Assembly: GCA_018985225.1 (NCBI GenBank) | Contig: JADGIF010000210.1 | Location: forward strand, 1 to 14,557 | Direction: 5' to 3' | Source: Amoeboradix gromovi X-113 | Taxonomy: Eukaryota > Fungi > Sanchytriomycota | DNA length: 14,557 bases | Shown: positions 8,162 through 14,557 of the stretch, piece by piece | How the letters are laid out: each line of letters starts with the position of its first letter | How positions within the stretch are numbered: position 1 is the first letter of the stretch | Position numbers and translations under genes: made by a program | Notes under the pieces: generated by a model | What the model saw: only the letters and a program-made list of their open reading frames with translations | Database searches by the model: none | Told to the model about the DNA's origin: nothing

Positions 8162-9472
8162 ATGATGTTCTTTTCAATTTCTGTATTAGCTCAAGTCACA
8201 GTAAATTGTTCCAATCCGCGTATTAGAAAGGATTTTAGGGTAGTTCAGTCTGAGGGAAACTGGTCAAGAATAGTATCTGCCTATAGAAAGATGAAGAGTT
8301 CTGGTAGAATTACTTACTATGCAAAACTTCATAAGGATATATTTTCTACTATTCACAACACCTACACATTTTTTACTTGGCACAGAGCATTTCTTTGGGA
8401 ATTTGAAAACGAAATAAGGGCAATCGGTGGAAATGACCTAACTCTGCCTTATATTGACTGGGCAGGAGAAGCCACAAAGTATAACGGTCAAATTGACAGA
8501 AGTCAAAGTAATGACCCTTATTACTATGCAAAGCAGAGCGGCCAGTGTCTAACTGGTCAAATATATGACTCATTCTTGCTTTCAAGTACTCTTAACAGTG
8601 GTACTTGTGTTTCTAGAAGTACTGCAACATCAGTCTTAGTAGGAGGCTGGGCTGATCTGGATGGATCTATCATAAATAGTAAAGACTATAGATCATTCTC
8701 AGACGCATTGCAGTATGGTATACACGCTGAAGTCCACGTTAGAATTGGTGGGAATATGGCTCAAGCAATTAGTCCTGTAGATCCTTTTTTTTTTGCCCAT
8801 CACGGTTTCATCGATTCCACGTTAAGTATTTGGCAGTTTGTTCACAACAACTTTGATAACATGGCTACTGCGGAAAGCAGCGAGACATTTGTGATAAATG
8901 GGCATACATATAAGCATGCTGATGTTTTCAACTTGAAAAACATGTGTACAAGGTACTGGAGATATACGCAAACATCAACTAGTAAAAGGCTGAAGAAAAG
9001 ACAAGAGAATGCAGTGCCAACTGCAACAGAAACAGCGTTTCCATCTGTTACTGAACTGGAGACTGAAACGGAGATATTTTCAGTACCAGATTATGACTTC
9101 GATGACCCAGCTACAGTTGAGCAGTACAATGCAGAAGTTGCTCAGCACTACACAGACTTGAAAAACTCTATCAGTTCAAAAGATGAATGTTACAAGAAAA
9201 TCGGAGACTTCTATCCTGGTAGTTTCATTCCAGTTAACAACACTATATCTGAAGCAGCCTTGAAAAAAATTGGTTTAGACCCTAAGAAGTTTGTAGAAGT
9301 GAGAGTAACCAATGACGCAAGAAGAGATGATATGTCCAAATACGGAAACTTTACAAGAAAGACCGTGGAGGAGGTAATTTCTGAGAATGCGAACAAATAT
9401 GGAAATGCTTTAGACTCAGGGTCTGCGCTCATGAGTTCCGCCTTGTTGCTGCTTGCACTAGCTATCCAATAA
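8162..9472 (+). CDS. Secreted tyrosinase-family (type-3 di-copper) protein with probable GPI-anchor signal, 436 aa
   Basis: Short signal peptide; C..PRIRKDFR; CuA His57/His65/His74 (LH..IH..FFTWHR); LPYIDW; CuB His188/His192/His214 (HAEVH...SPVDPFFFAHHGFID); dibasic KKR site; T/E-rich linker; C-terminal DSGSALMSSALLLLALAIQ. AATAAA overlaps the stop. Confidence 0.95.
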   Translation: MMFFSISVLAQVTVNCSNPRIRKDFRVVQSEGNWSRIVSAYRKMKSSGRITYYAKLHKDIFSTIHNTYTFFTWHRAFLWEFENEIRAIGGNDLTLPYIDWAGEATKYNGQIDRSQSNDPYYYAKQSGQCLTGQIYDSFLLSSTLNSGTCVSRSTATSVLVGGWADLDGSIINSKDYRSFSDALQYGIHAEVHVRIGGNMAQAISPVDPFFFAHHGFIDSTLSIWQFVHNNFDNMATAESSETFVINGHTYKHADVFNLKNMCTRYWRYTQTSTSKRLKKRQENAVPTATETAFPSVTELETETEIFSVPDYDFDDPATVEQYNAEVAQHYTDLKNSISSKDECYKKIGDFYPGSFIPVNNTISEAALKKIGLDPKKFVEVRVTNDARRDDMSKYGNFTRKTVEEVISENANKYGNALDSGSALMSSALLLLALAIQ

Positions 9473-9578
9473 ATCTCTTACTTTTAGTTGTGCTAAATTC
9501 GCTTGATCTTTTGTAAACTATCACTAAGTCGCATAAACAATGGGGATTGCTAAGTAAATTTTTGTTTATTTTTAATGT

Positions 9579-10028
9579 TTAGATTGAAATATAAGCAACA
9601 CTTACCGGGAATGCTTTGCTATCATAATTTACGCGGGAATCAAATCCATGAATGCTGTATTTGTTTTTAACATCATTCGTGTAAGTTTCCTTCAGCTTTG
9701 ATAGATCCAACGCACCTACAGCGTTGGTGGATCCCTTAATAGGTTTACCGGAAGCATTGTATCTCTTTTCGTTTTTCGAATCGATAACTGCTACATAAAA
9801 AATAACAGGATTGTAAGGTACAACAACTTCTATGTATGGAGAGGATTTTACCAGTTTAACAGAAAAATAAGCCGTATCGGAATAAGAGGTTGAGTTTCCA
9901 TACAAATACACATGTGCTCCATTTTCCATATACTGGGCCAATTCGTCACCGAGAGTAATCCACATAATACTTGCATTCATCAAAGCATTTGCAGACGTTA
10001 GTGCGATTAGAATCGAAAACATATGCAT
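9579..10028 (-). CDS. Small secreted hypothetical protein, 149 aa, paralog of 10229..10657
   Basis: Signal peptide MFSILIALTSANA, TATAAAA at 10045-10051 upstream, AATAAA at 9565-9570 downstream, colinear motifs shared with the neighbour. Confidence 0.82.
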   Translation of the reverse strand: MHMFSILIALTSANALMNASIMWITLGDELAQYMENGAHVYLYGNSTSYSDTAYFSVKLVKSSPYIEVVVPYNPVIFYVAVIDSKNEKRYNASGKPIKGSTNAVGALDLSKLKETYTNDVKNKYSIHGFDSRVNYDSKAFPVSVAYISI

Positions 10029-10228
10029 CAGGGTCTTTTTGCAGTTTTATATTCTCATTAATTTGCTTGACTTTACTCATTGGAAACGCCTATATAAGAG
10101 AAATATTGATTCGTGAAAATGAAGTACTCTTATTTGCTTGGAGATAATTTGTTGAAGATAGTCAATTTTATTATATTCACGATGGTATTCAGTAGTTACC
10201 AAGTTTATTTTTTAAGCATTTATTTTAT

Positions 10229-10657
10229 TTAACTCTTTACGTAAGTTATATGCAATGGGAATGTTATCTTGCACCTCGCTACAATCCTATCTAGCCGCTT
10301 AATTTTTTCATTTGGTTCAACTTGGGGTTCGAGCGCCAGAGTATCAAAGCTCACCCATTGATCAGAACTGTCAAATGACCTTTTGGCTAGTGAATAAGAG
10401 TAATATCGTACTCCGGATTTTGGATCAATGGATTCAATGCTCATTGTTTTTACAAAATATGGTACGTTTACTTCAAACTTGAAGTGCTCGGTTATATCAG
10501 ATTTCAACTTAACTTTGAAATTTTTCAAACTTTTAGTTATGGGGTCTTCCACAACACCTCCCAAGTAAATGTTTTCATCTGTGTTAAAATCATGCTGGAT
10601 CTTCGCAATGCTAATCCATACAGTTGCAAATAGCAACGAATTGAAGATAATAAACAT
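10229..10657 (-). CDS. Small secreted hypothetical protein, 142 aa, paralog of 9579..10028
   Basis: Hydrophobic N-terminus MFIIFNSLLFA, upstream CCAAT, AATAAA at the stop (10224-10229), colinear motifs shared with the neighbour. Confidence 0.82.
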   Translation of the reverse strand: MFIIFNSLLFATVWISIAKIQHDFNTDENIYLGGVVEDPITKSLKNFKVKLKSDITEHFKFEVNVPYFVKTMSIESIDPKSGVRYYSYSLAKRSFDSSDQWVSFDTLALEPQVEPNEKIKRLDRIVARCKITFPLHITYVKS

Positions 10658-11038
10658 TCGTGGTCAGCTTCTTAGCTTCTCATTTAAGTTACCGGAGATG
10701 TTCCAACAAAGCTTTGATTGGGCGGAACCTCCATCAAATAAAGTACTCCTATCTCATTGGTTTTTAAGTGCTTGCTCCTAATTAAATTTCACGATGCTAG
10801 TTAGCGGAATTTAAAAAGTCTCTCCAATCAAAGTCCGGATTCCGCGAAAATCTAGAACTACTGCAGAGAAACTGGGGGCACTAGTCACACTGTTACAGTG
10901 GTTCCCTACTCTTTCGCTGTTCTGGCGTGGATAAAATGGGATGCATGCTAGTATTCTCTTTACTGCTATGCGGTCTCTATCTAATTTTAGGTGTTATTTG
11001 GTACATGCAAGTCTCCGAATAGATCTTGATCAAGGTCG

Positions 11039-11161
11039 CTCATTGTGCACACTTGACTAGTAAACGTTTCACATCCAACCAACATCTTTCCCAATTCTTT
11101 AAATGACGGCTTCAATTCTGGACCAGTTCCCCCTAAAGTATCTTTTCTTTAGTCTATGACA
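11039..11161 (-). pseudogene. Possible relic of a third tyrosinase 5' end
   Basis: Minus strand reads CHRLKKRYFRGNWSRI versus CSNPRIRKDFRVVQSEGNWSRI in the 8162 gene. The GNWSRI block matches 15/18 nt. Confidence 0.35.
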
Positions 11162-11332
11162 AATGGCTCCTGGTATTCCTCGCTCCAATATGTTATTTTC
11201 AAGAAATAAAATCACTTATCACTCTTAGAAGTTGGCACTGCTTGAGAGTGTCTTACAAAATGTCCCCCAATTCACAGATACGAGCTTTTTAGAGAGCATA
11301 ATAGTAGGAGTCAAAAACATGATTTTATTGAA

Positions 11333-12532
11333 CTACTGCCCAGGAGCTTTTCTTACAAAATCGCCGAACTTGGACAGCTGATTTCTCTTGATTTTTTGCA
11401 TCTCAAGTATCTTTGCATACTTGGCCGGATCTAATCCAATTCTTTTCAACGCAGCGTCTGGTATGTTACTACCGATTGGTATAAAACTTCCGGGATAAAA
11501 GCTCGCAATCTTCTTGTATGAATCATCGTCAGATCCAGCAGTTTTCTTTAAATCGCTATAATAACCGCTAAGCTGGTTGTTGTAACTGACAACATCGGAT
11601 ACTGGGGAGATGGGTGAATCTGGAACGGTGGCATTTTGCCCTAGATCATCAGGCACATCGTTGCCAGCTTCCTTTAACTGCCGCTTTTGCTGTCTGTGAC
11701 TCGTTGCTGACTTTGTGTATCGCAGATACTTAACACACATGTTGGACATTTTAAATACGCTGTCGTGCGAATACTTGTTACCATTTATAACAAACGAGTC
11801 ATCCTCTGAACCAAGATTCAGCTTATCGTAGTTGCTGTGCAGAAACTGCCATATGTTCAAAGTGGAGTCAACGAAGCCGTGATGGGCAAAGAAATATGGA
11901 TCAACAGGACTAGTAGGCATGGCCATGTCACCACCGATACGAACGTGTACCTCTGCGTGAATACCGTACTGCAGGGCATCAGAAAACATTGTGAAATTCT
12001 CGCTAGTGATGATAGTTGCATCCAAATCCGCCCAACCGCTTACAAGTAAAAAACCTAAAGTACGGCGGCTTATACAAGGGCCAGAGTAAGTAGCATTACT
12101 AAAACTCGCAGTTAAATTGTAGTTGGTGTATATCCTTCCGCTCAAGCATCTTCCTTTCTGCTTGGCGTAGTAGTAAGGGTTGTTGCTGATACTCCTTTCA
12201 ACCGCTCCACTATAAGTAGTAGCTTCTGCAGCCCAGTCAACATATGGTAAAGTCAAATCATCGCCACCAATCGCCCTTATTTCGTTTTCAAATTCCCAAA
12301 GAAATGCCCTGTGCCACGTGAGAAAAGTATATGTTCCATGAATTAGCGGGAAAATATCGTAATGCAACTTGGCATAATATTCGATTCTACCGGTTTTTTG
12401 CATCTTTCTGTAAGCAGCCAGGATTCTTGTCCATTTTCCTTCCTTTTGTACCACCCTAAAATCCTTTCTGATTCTCGGCTTACCGCAAGGAACGGTAACC
12501 TGAGCGAACAAAAACATTGCAACAAGAATCAT
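11333..12532 (-). CDS. Secreted tyrosinase-family (type-3 di-copper) protein, 399 aa, paralog of 8162..9472 without the GPI-like tail
   Basis: Signal peptide; LH..IH..FLTWHR (CuA); HAEVH..SPVDPYFFAHHGFVD (CuB); long identical blocks with the first copy; QQKRQ dibasic site; AATAAA at 11324-11329 after the stop. Confidence 0.95.
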   Translation of the reverse strand: MILVAMFLFAQVTVPCGKPRIRKDFRVVQKEGKWTRILAAYRKMQKTGRIEYYAKLHYDIFPLIHGTYTFLTWHRAFLWEFENEIRAIGGDDLTLPYVDWAAEATTYSGAVERSISNNPYYYAKQKGRCLSGRIYTNYNLTASFSNATYSGPCISRRTLGFLLVSGWADLDATIITSENFTMFSDALQYGIHAEVHVRIGGDMAMPTSPVDPYFFAHHGFVDSTLNIWQFLHSNYDKLNLGSEDDSFVINGNKYSHDSVFKMSNMCVKYLRYTKSATSHRQQKRQLKEAGNDVPDDLGQNATVPDSPISPVSDVVSYNNQLSGYYSDLKKTAGSDDDSYKKIASFYPGSFIPIGSNIPDAALKRIGLDPAKYAKILEMQKIKRNQLSKFGDFVRKAPGQ

Positions 12533-13549
12533 CTACGAAAGAGCCTCATACGGATTTATGAAGATTAATATGCTTGCAGCGGATCTGGAGGTAGTATGAA
12601 GGGTTCTTATTGGAATTTGCATTTCAACAAATATAGGTAACTCGCCAATCAGTCGCAACCGCAAGGCTTGCAATCTCTCTCTACGAAATGGATATCGCTG
12701 CAGAGTTAATGGAAATCATGGCAAAAAGTAAGAAGCAGTGTGCTTCATTAAATATCTTTAGTCCAGCGATCATAAATTACACATGAACATGTCATCTCAC
12801 GGAATAGAAATCAACATCATATTCATGGATCTCAAGATTCTAGGCAAAATTGACAGGGGAACATGAAAGCATCAATTTTAAGACACATGTGACAGCGGAT
12901 CCAATAAGTAGACAAGGACTGAGTAAAGGGCTCTCCAGGACTCAAGTCAATAAATTATTCAATGCTCTACGATATACATCCAGGATGCTAGATTTCTGAT
13001 TCCCTTTTGTCCTGAGTCAGCAGTACCGAGATATAACACTGGTCACTACCAGCCAAAAGTCGTGATTTGTTACAAAATCTGCACCTGCATTGCCAATACC
13101 ACTGATGCAATCTTGTACAGTCGTGCTCTCTTAGCAAATTTCACCTACTTGGACTGCCATTCAAGCCAATTTCTTGAGCTTAGTGTCCGACATCGCAATG
13201 AACCAAAGAAAACAGTTGGTAAAGCACCCTACCTCGTTCCATGGAATAGGCGGATTTTCTACTTCCCGCATGTACCTATCCGTGACCGTGGTTGTCTATA
13301 TTCACTTCAATGCTCAAAAAGTAACACTTTTAATGTCCTGTTAGCAGTTTTGTTGCATCTCGTCGATTTACAAACAGTAAATTGCTGGTCGTTGCAAAAT
13401 CATAAGCAGTATACCACCTGCTCATCTTTAAAGCCGACTGAGGATCAGATTTCAGTCGTTCAATGTTTCCAAGCTGATCCCTAGCCACCTTATTCTTAGA
13501 AAATCAGGTCACAAGAACATCTACCATAGCAGACCGCGTCCAAGTTCTC

Positions 13550-14557
13550 ATGGTTTTGAAATTATCAGTGCTTCACATTTTGGCAGTATTGGTCTAAACC
13601 GTATCCGTAGACTGCCGAGACGCGATAAATCCCGCCAAAGGACGGAATATGGGTACTGTCAATCCTGGTACGATGAGAACACTTCGAGTAGACTGCTACA
13701 CCGGCTACGGTCAAGGCTGCGTATCTGGGCGTGTAGACAGTATATACTGGTCTTACTTGAGGCTTTCTGGAATATAAACGCAACAGCTCTTCACAGAATG
13801 ATGACTTTTCTAGTCCTGGATTATAACAAAATAACTGGGTATATCTAAGGCAGCTTGCCTTCAAACTTAAACTTGATACAAATGAGACAAAACATCATAT
13901 CTGGTAGCTTCCCTGATATATCTTCGACAAGTATGACCTCTTTGGATATTTCAAATAACAAATTTAACGGGTCCCTTTCTCTGCTTCCAGATACATTTGA
14001 ATTCTTATAAATCTGACGCAAAATGATCTCTGGGTGCATGCCCGATGCACTGCCGAGTTTTATACAAAATTTTGAAGCCAGCAGTAACTTGTCAACTTGT
14101 CCCATTCCAAACGATGTCGTCCTCACTTGTATATTCTCTAGCTAATTCAAATAGACTTGGTGGCGCATTTCCTGCTACTCTTCCTGATAGTTTAACCAGT
14201 TTAGCCTTGGAATACAACAGACTTGTCGGACCCTTTCCTTCAACACTTCCTCTCGGTCTAAGTGGATCAATTTCGCCAACGATGCCAATGAATCTAAAGA
14301 AGTTTATTTCCGGTCGCAACCACTTGACAGGAAGCTTACCTCATTTGAATGATGCATCCCTGTCCAGCTGTGTAAAAGATGGACTATTTAATCAAACTGC
14401 TAGCTATTTTACTTCTACATCGATACTGACAACCAGTTTGGGCAAATTGAAAACAAGCATGACAGCAGCCTCTATAGATACAGTCTCGATGGTCGATGAA
14501 TCTCTCGAGTCTATCCTCAGATCGAGGTTCTTGAGAACGAGGCCAAGACAGCAGAGT
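13550..14557 (+). pseudogene. Pseudogene of a secreted/cell-surface leucine-rich-repeat protein; runs off the window edge
   Basis: Manual translation: signal-like MVLKLSVLHILAVLV*, Cys cap (VDCRDAIN...VDC..G..C..GRVDSIYW...LSG), 22-aa LRRs such as LPDSLTSLALEYNRLVGPFPST, then an S/T-rich tail. Stops at 13595, 13846, 14008 and 14014; frameshifts near 13772 and 14111. Confidence 0.88.

Noticed and set aside
8373-12568. Short ORFs 8373..8585, 9211..9432, 10569..10781, 11837..12049, 12343..12525, 12362..12568
   Set aside because: They overlap well-supported genes in other frames or strands and have no independent evidence.
13062-13484. 140-aa plus-strand ORF
   Set aside because: GTG start in a eukaryote, random-like composition, and at most a faint LRR-tail resemblance.
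13565-14319. Minus-strand ORFs 13565..13864, 13845..14126, 14092..14319
   Set aside because: Antisense shadows of the plus-strand LRR pseudogene.
1-14557. Genome-wide UAR=Gln code (as in Amoeboaphelidium protococcarum) to explain in-frame stops
   Set aside because: Intact conserved genes contain no internal TAA/TAG and terminate at TAG/TAA followed by AATAAA. The LRR locus also has a TGA and frameshifts.
1-14557. CRISPR array, tRNA/rRNA genes, prokaryotic operon or defence system
   Set aside because: No regularly spaced repeats, cloverleaf or rRNA motifs were seen. Gene content, the intron and poly(A) signals indicate a eukaryote.

Overview
AT-rich, very gene-dense eukaryotic DNA in the standard genetic code. 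It is most consistent with a compact early-diverging fungal (chytrid/sanchytrid-like) genome; the lineage is inferred from gene families and is not proven. From left to right the window holds: a DUF2235/Tle1-like alpha/beta hydrolase; a TAPT1/EMP65 (DUF747) membrane-protein gene that needs a 19-nt GT-AG intron and whose conserved N-terminus lies in another frame ending at a CTT-TGA-T site (candidate +1 frameshift); several hypothetical or split ORFs; a decayed, possibly transposon-derived segment (about 6400-7510); a secreted-protein cluster of two convergent tyrosinase-family (type-3 di-copper) paralogs with an atypical active site flanking two divergent paralogs of an unrecognised small secreted protein family; and a pseudogenised secreted LRR gene running off the right edge. 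No rRNA, tRNA or CRISPR array is supported.
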